Assembly: GCA_030531435.1 (NCBI GenBank)
Contig: JAUNNN010000004.1
Location: forward strand, 10,173-74,172
Length of the DNA stretch: 64,000 nucleotides
From: Lachnospiraceae bacterium
Lineage (GTDB): Bacteria; Bacillota; Clostridia; Lachnospirales; Lachnospiraceae
Direction: 5' to 3'
Part shown: piece after piece, positions 30,110 through 39,554 of the stretch
Numbering within the stretch: the stretch's first letter is position 1
How the letters are laid out: the number at the start of each line of letters is the position of its first letter
Position numbers and translations under genes: made by a program
Notes under the pieces: model-generated
Seen by the model: only the letters and a program-made list of their open reading frames with translations
Told to the model about the DNA's origin: nothing
The model's database searches: none

Positions 30110-30111
30110 AT

Positions 30112-30732
30112 TTATTCTTCTATAATTTCTTCTGTTTCAATTTTGATCTCATCATTTTCTTCTATTTTCTTATAATGAGACTTAATTATTCTATCTTCTG
30201 TAATGTTAAACCAGGAGCCTTCCCATCCGAGGAATTCATAGCCAGGTTTTTGTGGTTCCTTAGGGTCTGGTAATGTGGCACCATATGGTACAACCTCTCT
30301 CTTTAACAAAAGATTTGTTTCGCCATCATACCATCTAACAACACAGGTTTCATATGGCACTCCCTTTTGTGATAAGTCCCAAGACATATCAATTGGAGCA
30401 GATGTATTATTATTAAATTTCTTTACCTTGGATGCAGCTGTTGTTGATGCTTTATACATCGTGTTATTAGTATACATTCCAAGAATAACCATATCTTTTG
30501 TAACATGTCTTGCAGTATCAGACCATCCAATAAAAGTATAGCCCTTTACAGCTGTATCTCTTGGTGGTCTTCCATTTCCGCCTAACTTGACTGTCTGTTC
30601 AACTGACTTTGTTCCATACAGATATGTAACTGTAAATTCTTCATCGGTGGCCGCAAAAGCACTAACATTCATCATTAAAATAAATGTCAAAGCCATTAAT
30701 ATACATAGTGTTTTCTTTAAAACAGTTTTCAT
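30112..30732 (-). CDS. small secreted protein with two Listeria-Bacteroides (InlB B-repeat / Flg_new) repeats
   Basis: Signal peptide is MKTVLKKTLCILMALTFILMMNVSAFA. Repeat signatures are KGYTFIGWSD...VILGMY and PGYEFLGWEGSW..ITEDRIIKSHY. Confidence 0.6.
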   Translation of the reverse strand: MKTVLKKTLCILMALTFILMMNVSAFAATDEEFTVTYLYGTKSVEQTVKLGGNGRPPRDTAVKGYTFIGWSDTARHVTKDMVILGMYTNNTMYKASTTAASKVKKFNNNTSAPIDMSWDLSQKGVPYETCVVRWYDGETNLLLKREVVPYGATLPDPKEPQKPGYEFLGWEGSWFNITEDRIIKSHYKKIEENDEIKIETEEIIEE

Positions 30733-30785
30733 ATTATATACCCCGAATATACAGTTATATTATGTAAACAATTTTATCACTTTGT

Positions 30786-31949
30786 CTATCTATTTGCAAG
30801 CTCTTCAGTAATGTCTTCCCATGTCACATCACACTCAGCCATAAGAACCATTGCATGGTATAAGAAGTCAGCGATTTCATATTTGATTTCTTCTTTATCT
30901 GGATTTTTAGCTGCAATAACAATCTCTGTAGCCTCTTCGCCAACCTTCTTAAGAATCTTATCAATTCCTTTATCAAAAAGGTAATTTGTATATGATCCCT
31001 CTTTTGGATTCATCTTTCTATCCATAATTGTTGCATATACTTCATCAAATACTTTTGAAGGGTTATGGTTAGATGATGACTTTTTAAATGCTTCTTTATA
31101 GAAACAGCTATAGCTACCTGTATGACAAGCAGCACCAATCTGAGCGACATGAACTAAGATAGTATCATTATCACAATCAATATACATATCCTTTACATAC
31201 TGATAATGTCCACTTGTTAAACCTTTAATCCAAAGCTCATCACGACTTCTTGAATAATATGTCATAACGCCTGTTTCAATAGTTTTATTGAATGCTTCTT
31301 CATTCATATAAGCAAGCATTAATACCTGCTCTGTTTTATAATCCTGTACAATAACTGGGACCATATTATCTGAGTTCTTATTTAAATCAGCCCATTTAAA
31401 CTGACAATTTAAATTGACTTCAAATGTCATGTTCTCAGTATCAGCATTGATACCATATACATCAATGTCCTTATAGGAGCTTCCAGCCTTATCATTAACT
31501 AAGATGGCACCATTTGTGTATTCTTTAATTGCATCAATGTTATTTAAAACCTGTTCATCAGCATCGACGCAAACCATAATCTTTTCTTTAGAAAAACGCT
31601 TTGATACTTCTTCAATAAGCTTTACATTTTCCTCTTTTGCCATGTTAAGAGCTGCAGCCTTACATCCAGCGTAAAGAAGCTTCTTCACATCTTCAGATCT
31701 TTTTACATTACCTGCACCAATTACTGGAACATCTACTTTTCTTATAACATTTCTAAGAACTGTAAGTGCTTCATCATGTTCTTTATCAGTTTTAGATAAA
31801 TCAAAAATAATTATTTTTTCAGCGCCCTTATGTGAGAGACTTTCTGCGTATGAAACTGGATCATCGCTTAATACTGCACTGTCCTTAAATCCTTTTACAA
31901 AAACCTTATCTTTTAAAAATAAACAAGGTAATACCTTTATTTCACTCAT
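30786..31949 (-). CDS. hisIE: tri-domain protein: truncated HisF-like half-barrel + phosphoribosyl-AMP cyclohydrolase (HisI) + phosphoribosyl-ATP pyrophosphatase (HisE)
   Basis: Start set at the ATG at 31949 (MSEIKVLPCLFLKDKVFVKG), 1 nt after the hisB stop. HisI region: VPVIVQD...YYSRSR..LW.KG.TSG..Q....ID CDNDT..V...Q.GAACHTG..SCF. HisE region: YTNYLFDKGIDKILKKVGEEATE..IAAKN. The first ~130 aa align with HisF residues 1-130. Confidence 0.85.
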   Translation of the reverse strand: MSEIKVLPCLFLKDKVFVKGFKDSAVLSDDPVSYAESLSHKGAEKIIIFDLSKTDKEHDEALTVLRNVIRKVDVPVIGAGNVKRSEDVKKLLYAGCKAAALNMAKEENVKLIEEVSKRFSKEKIMVCVDADEQVLNNIDAIKEYTNGAILVNDKAGSSYKDIDVYGINADTENMTFEVNLNCQFKWADLNKNSDNMVPVIVQDYKTEQVLMLAYMNEEAFNKTIETGVMTYYSRSRDELWIKGLTSGHYQYVKDMYIDCDNDTILVHVAQIGAACHTGSYSCFYKEAFKKSSSNHNPSKVFDEVYATIMDRKMNPKEGSYTNYLFDKGIDKILKKVGEEATEIVIAAKNPDKEEIKYEIADFLYHAMVLMAECDVTWEDITEELANR

Positions 31950-31950
31950 C

Positions 31951-32544
31951 TTATAAAGATCCTTTCGTAGATAATACGTCCTCAATTCTTGAATCATATG
32001 ATACTGCCATATCAAGTGCCTTTGCAAAAGACTTGAACATAGCCTCAGCAATATGATGTGAATTTATTCCATCAAGAACTTTTATATGGAGATTCATGCC
32101 AGCAGAATAGCTTATAGCATAGAAAAATTCTCTAATAAGTTCTGTATCCATATAGCCAATTTTATCAACATCAAATTTTGCATCGTATGAAAAATATGGT
32201 CTTCCGCATAAATCAATTGCACAAAGTACAAGAGCATCATCCATTGGAAGAATCATGTGACCATATCTCTTAATTCCTTTTTTATCGCCAATAGCTTCTT
32301 TTATACACTGTCCAAGGACAATACCTGTATCTTCAACTGTGTGGTGAGAATCAACATGCAAGTCACCATTTACAGATAGTTCCATATCAAATAAGCCATG
32401 CTTAGCAAAACCCTCTAGCATATGATCAAAGAAACCAATACCTGTATCAATATCGCTTACACCTGAACCATCCAAATCAAGCTTTAATTTAATCTGAGTT
32501 TCCTTTGTATTTCTCTCAACTAATGATTTTCTTATATTTTCCAT
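31951..32544 (-). CDS. hisB: imidazoleglycerol-phosphate dehydratase
   Basis: RNTKETQI, GIGFFDHML, DSHHTVEDTGI and NSHHIAEA are classical IGPD motifs. Confidence 0.95.
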   Translation of the reverse strand: MENIRKSLVERNTKETQIKLKLDLDGSGVSDIDTGIGFFDHMLEGFAKHGLFDMELSVNGDLHVDSHHTVEDTGIVLGQCIKEAIGDKKGIKRYGHMILPMDDALVLCAIDLCGRPYFSYDAKFDVDKIGYMDTELIREFFYAISYSAGMNLHIKVLDGINSHHIAEAMFKSFAKALDMAVSYDSRIEDVLSTKGSL

Positions 32545-32556
32545 ACTAAACCTCTT

Positions 32557-33846
32557 CTATTCAAATCTTACACGAATTGAATTTGCATGTGCTGTAAGTC
32601 CTTCTGACTCAGCAAATTTCTCGATATCTTTATGAACAGCTTCAAGTGCATTTCTTGAATATGAAATAATGCTTGTTCTCTTAATAAATGCATCAACTCC
32701 AAGAGGTGAAAAGAACTTTGCAGTACCATTTGTAGGTAATACGTGATTTGGACCTGCAAAATAATCTCCAAGAGGTTCTGATGAATATTCACCAAGGAAT
32801 ATTGCTCCAGCATTCCTAATCTTTGTCATTGTTTCATATGGATTCTTAGTAAGAATTTCAAGGTGCTCTGAAGCAATTTCATTAGCTGCATCAATAGCAT
32901 CTTCAATATTATCTGCTACAAGAATATATCCATAATTTTCAAGAGAACTCTTTATTATTTCCTCTCTTGAAAGCTCTGCTGTAAATTTATCTACTTCTGC
33001 TGATACCTTATTAGCAATATCTTCTGATGTTGTAATTAAAATTGCAGATGCAAGCTGATCATGTTCAGCCTGAGATAATAAATCAGCCGCTACATATCTA
33101 GGATTAGCTGTTTCATCAGCAATAACAAGAATTTCAGATGGTCCTGCAACAGAGTCAATACTTACATGTCCAAACACTGCCTTTTTAGCAAGAGCAACAA
33201 AAATATTACCAGGACCAACAATCTTATCAACTTTAGGAATTGTTTCAGTTCCATAAGCTAATGCAGCAATAGCCTGCGCTCCACCTACTTTATATATTTC
33301 TTTAACACCACATATTTTAGCTGCCACTAATGTACAATCTGCAACCTTACCATCCTTATCAGCTGGAGTCATCATGACAATACGCTCAACACCAGCAACT
33401 ACTGCAGGTATTACACACATAATTGTAGATGATGGATATGCAGCTTTACCACCTGGCACATATACACCAGCCTTTTCTATAGCAGAAACCTTCTGTCCTA
33501 AAATACAGCCATCTGCTCTTGTATCAATCCATGAATTCATCATCTGCTTTTCATGATAAACTCTAACATTTTCAGCAGACTGCTCCATAATTCTGATAAG
33601 TTCTTTATCGTAATTATTGTAAGCATTCTCAATTTCCTCTTCAGTAACTCTTATTGTAGAAGAATCATACTTATGCTTATCAAACTTTTCTGTATATTCA
33701 AATACAGCCTTATCTCCATTTTCTCTAACATTCTGAAGAATCTCAGCTACTGTTTTTTCATATTCTGGATACTGAGCAGGGCTTCTTTTTAAAAGAGAAG
33801 TAAGTATATCCTTCTTTGTATCACTTGTTAATTTAACTATTCTCAT
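32557..33846 (-). CDS. hisD: histidinol dehydrogenase
   Basis: 429 aa. GVYVPGG.AAYPSS, AGPSE, QAEHD and SEHLE motifs. Confidence 0.96.
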   Translation of the reverse strand: MRIVKLTSDTKKDILTSLLKRSPAQYPEYEKTVAEILQNVRENGDKAVFEYTEKFDKHKYDSSTIRVTEEEIENAYNNYDKELIRIMEQSAENVRVYHEKQMMNSWIDTRADGCILGQKVSAIEKAGVYVPGGKAAYPSSTIMCVIPAVVAGVERIVMMTPADKDGKVADCTLVAAKICGVKEIYKVGGAQAIAALAYGTETIPKVDKIVGPGNIFVALAKKAVFGHVSIDSVAGPSEILVIADETANPRYVAADLLSQAEHDQLASAILITTSEDIANKVSAEVDKFTAELSREEIIKSSLENYGYILVADNIEDAIDAANEIASEHLEILTKNPYETMTKIRNAGAIFLGEYSSEPLGDYFAGPNHVLPTNGTAKFFSPLGVDAFIKRTSIISYSRNALEAVHKDIEKFAESEGLTAHANSIRVRFE

Positions 33847-33858
33847 AATATTCTCCGA

Positions 33859-34494
33859 TTAAAGTATTTCTCTTACAGCCTTTATTAGATTATTAATTCT
33901 TTCTGCTTCCATGTTCATGCTCACTCTGTTAACAATCATTCTAGCAGATAATGGACAAACTTCTTCTAAAACTTCAAGACCATTTTCTTTTAAAGTTGAA
34001 CCTGTTTCTACAATATCAACAATAACATCTGAAAGTCCAACAATTGGTGCAAGTTCAATTGAACCATTAAGCTTAATTATATCAACACTACGATGCTTTT
34101 CATTATGGAAATAATCCTTGGCAATAATTGGATATTTTGTAGCTACTCTCATCATTTCATGAGAATTAAGTAATTCCTTTGCACTGGCTGGTCCGCACAC
34201 GCACATTCTGCATTTACCAAATCCAAGATCAAGAACCTCATAGTTTTTACGGCCCTCTTCCATAATTGTATCTTTACCAACTACGCCTATATCAGCGGCA
34301 CCATATTCAACATATGTTGGTACATCTGGACCTTTTGCAAGGAAAAACTTAAGCTTTAATTCTTCATTTACAAATATAAGCTTACGAGTGTCCTTGTCTT
34401 TCATTTCCTCACATGAAATACCAACCTGTTCTAATAATTCAAGTGTTTTATTTGCAAGACGTCCTTTTGTTAAGGCAAATGTTAAATATCGCAT
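33859..34494 (-). CDS. hisG: ATP phosphoribosyltransferase, short (HisZ-dependent) form
   Basis: 211 aa. [24 protein letters not shown]. Overlaps hisZ by 13 nt. Confidence 0.95.
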   Translation of the reverse strand: MRYLTFALTKGRLANKTLELLEQVGISCEEMKDKDTRKLIFVNEELKLKFFLAKGPDVPTYVEYGAADIGVVGKDTIMEEGRKNYEVLDLGFGKCRMCVCGPASAKELLNSHEMMRVATKYPIIAKDYFHNEKHRSVDIIKLNGSIELAPIVGLSDVIVDIVETGSTLKENGLEVLEEVCPLSARMIVNRVSMNMEAERINNLIKAVREIL

Positions 34495-35489
34495 AATGCA
34501 AATCCTTCCTCTCTTCTGTTCATTACTTCAACAAGCTGGTCTACTGTTGCAACAAATCCAACAGCTGGCGCATTTTTACCAAATTCACTTAAAAGGTTAT
34601 CATATCTTCCGCCTTTAAAAATAGCATCACCGCTACCATATGTATAACCTCTAAATACTATGCCTGTATAATAATTATATTTTGAAAGAATACCAAAATC
34701 GAATGAAATATATTTTTCAATACCATCCTTTTTAGCTAATTCATAAATATCTTTAAGACGCTTAACTGCATTTTTTGATCTTTCATTTACAGCAATTTTT
34801 TCAGCTTCAATAAGACAATCTTCCTTACCAAAAAGATCAGGAACTGCAAGAATACTATTTTTAAGCTTAGCATCAATTGATGTACCATCAAGAATTGCTT
34901 CAGCTGAGAAATAGTTTTTATCAGAAATCATTTCACGAAGTGAAAGTTCTGTATCCTTATCCATCTTACTTTCTTCACAAAGTCCTTTAAAGAACTCTGC
35001 ATTACCAATACTAATCTGAATATCCTTAATTTTAAGAGCCTTAAATAGATTACATACCATTGAAATAATTTCATAATCTGCATCTACTGAACCATCATTA
35101 ATTAATTCACATCCAACTTCAGTAACTTCTTTTAATCTTCCCTGAAGATCTGAAGAATTAGTAAATGTATTACCACTATACATGAATCTTAATGGTTCTT
35201 TATAATCAGCAAAATATGTTGCTGCAACTCTAGCAATTGAAGGTGTAAAGTCAGGTCTTAAAACTAATGTATTACCTTCTTTGTCAAAGAACTTATATAG
35301 CTCATTTGATGGAATTGTACCAATATTAGATGAAAATACATCGAAATATTCTACAGTTGGAGTTTCAATATTCATGTATCCAAACTCTTTAATTTTATCT
35401 GTGAGTGTGTTTTTTACTATATTCTTTTTAAGAAATTCTGTTCCATACACATCTCTAAAGCCTTCTGGCGTATGTAAAAGCTTATTCAT
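34482..35489 (-). CDS. hisZ: ATP phosphoribosyltransferase regulatory subunit (HisRS paralogue)
   Basis: Class II aaRS-like core ([22 protein letters not shown]) without an anticodon-binding domain. Immediately upstream of the short hisG. Confidence 0.85.
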   Translation of the reverse strand: MNKLLHTPEGFRDVYGTEFLKKNIVKNTLTDKIKEFGYMNIETPTVEYFDVFSSNIGTIPSNELYKFFDKEGNTLVLRPDFTPSIARVAATYFADYKEPLRFMYSGNTFTNSSDLQGRLKEVTEVGCELINDGSVDADYEIISMVCNLFKALKIKDIQISIGNAEFFKGLCEESKMDKDTELSLREMISDKNYFSAEAILDGTSIDAKLKNSILAVPDLFGKEDCLIEAEKIAVNERSKNAVKRLKDIYELAKKDGIEKYISFDFGILSKYNYYTGIVFRGYTYGSGDAIFKGGRYDNLLSEFGKNAPAVGFVATVDQLVEVMNRREEGFALCDI

Positions 35490-35551
35490 TTGTTATTTCC
35501 TTTCGCTTTATCTCGGTAACGTGCTACTATGCTAATTTATTACCACGACAA

Positions 35552-35580
35552 ATTCTACTTTGAAAATTAGAAAATGTCAA
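35552..35580 (-). promoter_or_regulatory. sigma-A type promoter of the his operon
   Basis: Minus strand reads TTGACA (35580-35575), a 17-nt spacer, then TAGAAT (35557-35552). This leaves a ~60-nt leader before the hisZ ATG. Confidence 0.65.
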
Positions 35581-35583
35581 CAA

Positions 35584-36117
35584 TTATTCTCTTAAACTTA
35601 AATCAAGATTTATTCCATCAAGATAAGGAACTAAAATCCCTGGATGATGTTTTAGTATAAAATCTCGTTCTATTTCTTCATATCTGAAGCTTTTTCTGCC
35701 CCCCTCAAGCATCCTATTCCAAAACTCCATAAACTTTGAAAAGCGCAGATAATATAACTCATCTCTTTCTGTATAATGTAAAAGGAAAAATGAAACACCA
35801 CCTTGTTTTTCAAAACTTTCCATAAAGTTAACCTGATGTGGGTGAATATTTGCAAGTGTAAATGTATCCTTTGCACATTCTTTTGCATCAAATGCTATTG
35901 GAATACCCTGCACTGCACCAATATAGTCTACAGTTGATTTTTGTTCAAAGTAAGCTAGTGTAATATGTCTTGTACTTTGATCAATTTTTATAGGCGTAAT
36001 TGGAGTAGGTATCTTTTGAACAAGACAAAGGCCTCCTTCAAGATATCTTTCATTTGTTCTATTTATTAAATCTTCAAGAGTTGAACCTCTAAGTCCACGA
36101 CTTTTCCATGTCGCCAT
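35584..36117 (-). CDS. recU: Holliday junction resolvase RecU
   Basis: RG..LE..IN.TN..Y...G...V.K.PTP...V, DYIG, FDAKE. 177 aa. Confidence 0.9.
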   Translation of the reverse strand: MATWKSRGLRGSTLEDLINRTNERYLEGGLCLVQKIPTPITPIKIDQSTRHITLAYFEQKSTVDYIGAVQGIPIAFDAKECAKDTFTLANIHPHQVNFMESFEKQGGVSFFLLHYTERDELYYLRFSKFMEFWNRMLEGGRKSFRYEEIERDFILKHHPGILVPYLDGINLDLSLRE

Positions 36118-37015
36118 ATATTGTCTTCTCCGAAATACCTGTCAATATGTCTGTATATTTTGGAAATACCACTTTATAACAATGCAGGCACTGATATTTA
36201 TATTTATCTTTTATCCCATATTTGTGATCTCCACATAATGGAAATCCAATAGATGCAAGATGTGCCCTTATCTGATGGGTTTTACCAGTAATAAGATGAA
36301 CTTCTAAAAGAGATTTATCATCTATAATTTCAAGTGGCTTATACTCAGTTTCAATATAGTCAGCATTCCCATCATCCCTATTACTAACGCTAACTTTATT
36401 TGTTTTATTATCTTTTACAAGAAAGCCTTTAATATTCTGACCTTCATTTACATGTCCATGAACTAAGCATTTATAATATTTATTAATTGTTCTATCTCTA
36501 AAGCCTTCTGACAGAATCTGTGCTGCTTTAAGATTTTTAGCTGCAATAATTAACCCAGAAGTATTCCTGTCTAATCTATTAACTACAGATGGCTTATAAA
36601 TAAGTAAATCCTTTTCTGTGAGCTTTCCATTATCTAATAAATAATTTATTAAAAGGTCATTAACAGAAACATCATCCTTATCTGCATTTTGAGATAAAAG
36701 TCCTGCAGGCTTATTAATAATTATTACGTCTTCATCTTCATAGACTACATTAATGCTCTGTTCAGATTTAACACTTTTCTTAGGCTTTATATCTATCTTT
36801 GTGAAGCTGTCATAGGTTTCATCTGAAAACCAGATTTTAATACTGTCTCCAGCCTTTAATATATCCTTACCATCTGATTTTTTATCGTTTAATGTAATGT
36901 TCTTTTTACGTAACATTTTATAAACAAAGGAATTGGACGCATTATTTAAAAGCCTAAATAAAAACTTATCCAGTCGTTGATCTTTATTTTTTTCTGTAAT
37001 AATTATTTCTTTCAA
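36089..37015 (-). CDS. RluA-family pseudouridine synthase with S4 domain
   Basis: QRLDKFL (S4), catalytic VNRLDRNTSG, and GKTHQIRAHL. Overlaps recU by 29 nt. Confidence 0.88.
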   Translation of the reverse strand: MKEIIITEKNKDQRLDKFLFRLLNNASNSFVYKMLRKKNITLNDKKSDGKDILKAGDSIKIWFSDETYDSFTKIDIKPKKSVKSEQSINVVYEDEDVIIINKPAGLLSQNADKDDVSVNDLLINYLLDNGKLTEKDLLIYKPSVVNRLDRNTSGLIIAAKNLKAAQILSEGFRDRTINKYYKCLVHGHVNEGQNIKGFLVKDNKTNKVSVSNRDDGNADYIETEYKPLEIIDDKSLLEVHLITGKTHQIRAHLASIGFPLCGDHKYGIKDKYKYQCLHCYKVVFPKYTDILTGISEKTIYGDMEKSWT

Positions 37016-37028
37016 AAATTAACCTCAG

Positions 37029-37616
37029 TTAAAGTGTTACAGCAAAAAACAGTGAAAATAATCTGCTATGTGTATTATCATTTTCACCATCAAGATTACT
37101 ATCCATTTCAGACAGCCTGTCTGTATATTGTTTTAAATTATCATATATTTTTAATGAATAGCCTTTAAGCTCTTCTCTATTTATACAGCTATTAATATGC
37201 TCAGTAATTGCCTTTATTTTATCTGCCTTTTCATCTGTATACATTATTATTGTTTTATCACAACAGGCAGCTGATTTAATATAATACGCTCTCTCACTTG
37301 TAGTAAAAACAAGCTCATATATTACAGGTATTTTCCCTTTTGCTTCATTAATTGCATTATATAAAGACTCATCAATTGATTTATATCTTATGAACATAAT
37401 CATATTTACTGCTGATTTTGATGCTGGCAAAACTCCAAGAATAGCAATAATAGTCCATATATTTTTGTTTGTTTTTAATGTCATATATCCAATCAAATAA
37501 ATACCTATACAACATGCAAACATAAATATAGTTTTTAATATTTCTAAAACTCTTTGTTTATTTATATATCCATAAAGGCCTTTATTATTTTTTAAAAACT
37601 TCATGATAATCCTCAA
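37029..37616 (-). CDS. hypothetical membrane protein (2 TM plus cytoplasmic domain)
   Basis: The ORF fits the operon frame and strand. TM segments are FMFACCIGIYLIGYM and IWTIIAILGVL. No motif I recognise. The start may be the internal MKFLKNNK. Confidence 0.4.
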   Translation of the reverse strand: MRIIMKFLKNNKGLYGYINKQRVLEILKTIFMFACCIGIYLIGYMTLKTNKNIWTIIAILGVLPASKSAVNMIMFIRYKSIDESLYNAINEAKGKIPVIYELVFTTSERAYYIKSAACCDKTIIMYTDEKADKIKAITEHINSCINREELKGYSLKIYDNLKQYTDRLSEMDSNLDGENDNTHSRLFSLFFAVTL

Positions 37617-38235
37617 TAAAATAATCTGCCAACTTTATTTTTTCTTCCCACTGATACATTGAATACTCATCTTTTACAGCACAAGTTTTCATACCTGCAT
37701 TTATTCCTGCATTAAGACCTTTTATTAAGTCTTCAAACACAAGACATTCACTTGGATCAACAGAAAGCATATCTGCTGTTTTAAGGTATATATCAGGCGC
37801 TGGCTTACCTTTAATGTCGCTACATCCTGCACTCATCGCATCAAAATAATCATATATTCCTCTTGCTTTAAGAACTGCTTTAGCTAAAAGCATTGAATTT
37901 GATGTACTAAGTCCAACCTTAATATTATTATTTTTAAGGTATGAAAGGAACTCATCAATATGGGGCTTAAGAGTCACATCATTAGTGTATTTCATAAGCG
38001 CCATATCATTCCAATCATTAACAATTTTATCTATATCATCTTCAATATGAAATCTGTTCTTAAAGTATTTTGCAACTTCTTTCATACTTGAACCTTCAAT
38101 ATCTTTTGCCATATCATCAGGTACTTCATATCCATGAATAGCAAGATAATCGTGGTCTATAGATCTCCATATCCACATAGAATCTACAACAGTACCATCA
38201 AGATCAAATATGCACGCTTTAATATTTGTAAGCAT
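37585..38235 (-). CDS. HAD-superfamily hydrolase (beta-phosphoglucomutase / sugar-phosphatase-like, subfamily IA)
   Basis: Motif I is FDLDGT, motif II is STS, motif III/IV is K..PAPD ... FEDL..G. TAATG stop/start overlap with rsmF. Confidence 0.85.
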   Translation of the reverse strand: MLTNIKACIFDLDGTVVDSMWIWRSIDHDYLAIHGYEVPDDMAKDIEGSSMKEVAKYFKNRFHIEDDIDKIVNDWNDMALMKYTNDVTLKPHIDEFLSYLKNNNIKVGLSTSNSMLLAKAVLKARGIYDYFDAMSAGCSDIKGKPAPDIYLKTADMLSVDPSECLVFEDLIKGLNAGINAGMKTCAVKDEYSMYQWEEKIKLADYFIEDYHEVFKK

Positions 38236-39554
38236 TAATTAAGTCTCCAATTTGGATTATACATATTCTTTATCGTTCCCCTACCATCGCATACACCAAA
38301 TCCAAGAGGAAAATCCGATGCCAGAATAAGCACATATCCTTTATCTACATTTTCATCGTCTTTAGCAAAAATTGTTTCGCCTTTTAAGTATTTTTCTATC
38401 CTAATATCATCAGGCTCAATCACCAGTGAATTTTTAAATGACTCTTTACTTAATGTCATTGCATATGCCTGAGAATATTTTGTTTTAACTTCTTTCGTTT
38501 TCTTATCAATTTTTGTAGCTTCTCCAATGAACAAACCTGTTCTTAGATATCTAAGCCCTTTTCTATATCCGTTGTCCTTATAAGCTGGAAGAATATACTT
38601 AAGACCATTTTTATCTGTATACTCCATAGAATCTGCAGGTTCATTAATTTCTGAAATGCCCTTCTTTCTAAATAAAGCTAAAAAGTGCCCCTCACCTTTC
38701 ATTTTATGTGGGAATACTCTTACACATTTATCTAGGGAAAAACCATTTGTAAAGCCTTCATATGGTTCTATATCTATAAGCTCAAGGTCTTCATATTTAT
38801 TAAGCATGTACATAACATTATCTTCATCCTCAAGCTTTGAAAATGTACACGTTGAATACATCATCATTCCGCCTTCAGATAAAAGCTCATATGCACTATC
38901 TAGAATGCCTTTTTGTACCTCTGAATAATATTCCGGTCCCTTTTCTTCCCATGACTTAATTAATGAGTCATCTTTTCTAAACATTCCTTCGCCAGAACAT
39001 GGCGCATCCACTAAAATTTTATTAAAAAATCCTTTAAGCTTTATGGCAAGATTTTCAGGGGTTTCTGCTGTAACATATATGTTCTTTGCGCCACACATTT
39101 CAAGGTTTTTAAGCAGTGCCTTTGCTCTTGTAGCTGAAATATCATTGGCATATAAAATACCAGTTCCATTGAGCTTTGCAGCAAGCTCTGTTGCTTTTCC
39201 ACCTGGTGCTGCGCACAAATCAAGAACCCTGTCACCTTCATTAATCTTTAGTCTATTTGCAGGAAGCATTGCTGATGGTTCCTGTATATAGAAAAGACCT
39301 GCATGATAAAAAGGATGCTTTGCTGGATTATCACATTTATCATAGTAAAAACCATTATTTATAAATGGTATTTTTTCTATTTTAAATGGACTTATCTTTT
39401 CAAATTCTTCTGTAGATATCTTAAGGTTATTAACGCGTAACCCCTTATTTCCATCCATATCAAGACATTTGAAATAGTTATCTGCATCCTCTTTTAGCAG
39501 TTCTTTTATATTATTTATGTATTTCTCTGGAAGATTCATATTAAAATCTTGCAA
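38235..39554 (-). CDS. rsmF: NOL1/NOP2/Sun-family rRNA m5C methyltransferase (RsmF/YebU-like)
   Basis: SAM site is DLCAAPGGK. Catalytic cysteines are in DAPCSGEG and YSTCT. C-terminal PUA-like extension. Confidence 0.85.
   Translation of the reverse strand: MQDFNMNLPEKYINNIKELLKEDADNYFKCLDMDGNKGLRVNNLKISTEEFEKISPFKIEKIPFINNGFYYDKCDNPAKHPFYHAGLFYIQEPSAMLPANRLKINEGDRVLDLCAAPGGKATELAAKLNGTGILYANDISATRAKALLKNLEMCGAKNIYVTAETPENLAIKLKGFFNKILVDAPCSGEGMFRKDDSLIKSWEEKGPEYYSEVQKGILDSAYELLSEGGMMMYSTCTFSKLEDEDNVMYMLNKYEDLELIDIEPYEGFTNGFSLDKCVRVFPHKMKGEGHFLALFRKKGISEINEPADSMEYTDKNGLKYILPAYKDNGYRKGLRYLRTGLFIGEATKIDKKTKEVKTKYSQAYAMTLSKESFKNSLVIEPDDIRIEKYLKGETIFAKDDENVDKGYVLILASDFPLGFGVCDGRGTIKNMYNPNWRLN

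Noticed and set aside
31950-32051. The longer ORF-track start for the HisF-like-IE gene (MLRLCSS.., 421 aa) overlaps hisB by ~100 nt.
   Set aside because: The extension has no homology-like features and overlaps the conserved hisB C-terminus. The ATG at 31949 follows the hisB stop by 1 nt and begins exactly at the HisF-like alignment.
35490-35583. I looked for a T-box riboswitch or histidine leader-peptide attenuator in front of hisZ.
   Set aside because: The spacer is only 94 nt, and a consensus promoter takes up 29 nt of it. There is no specifier/antiterminator architecture, no His-codon run and no terminator hairpin.
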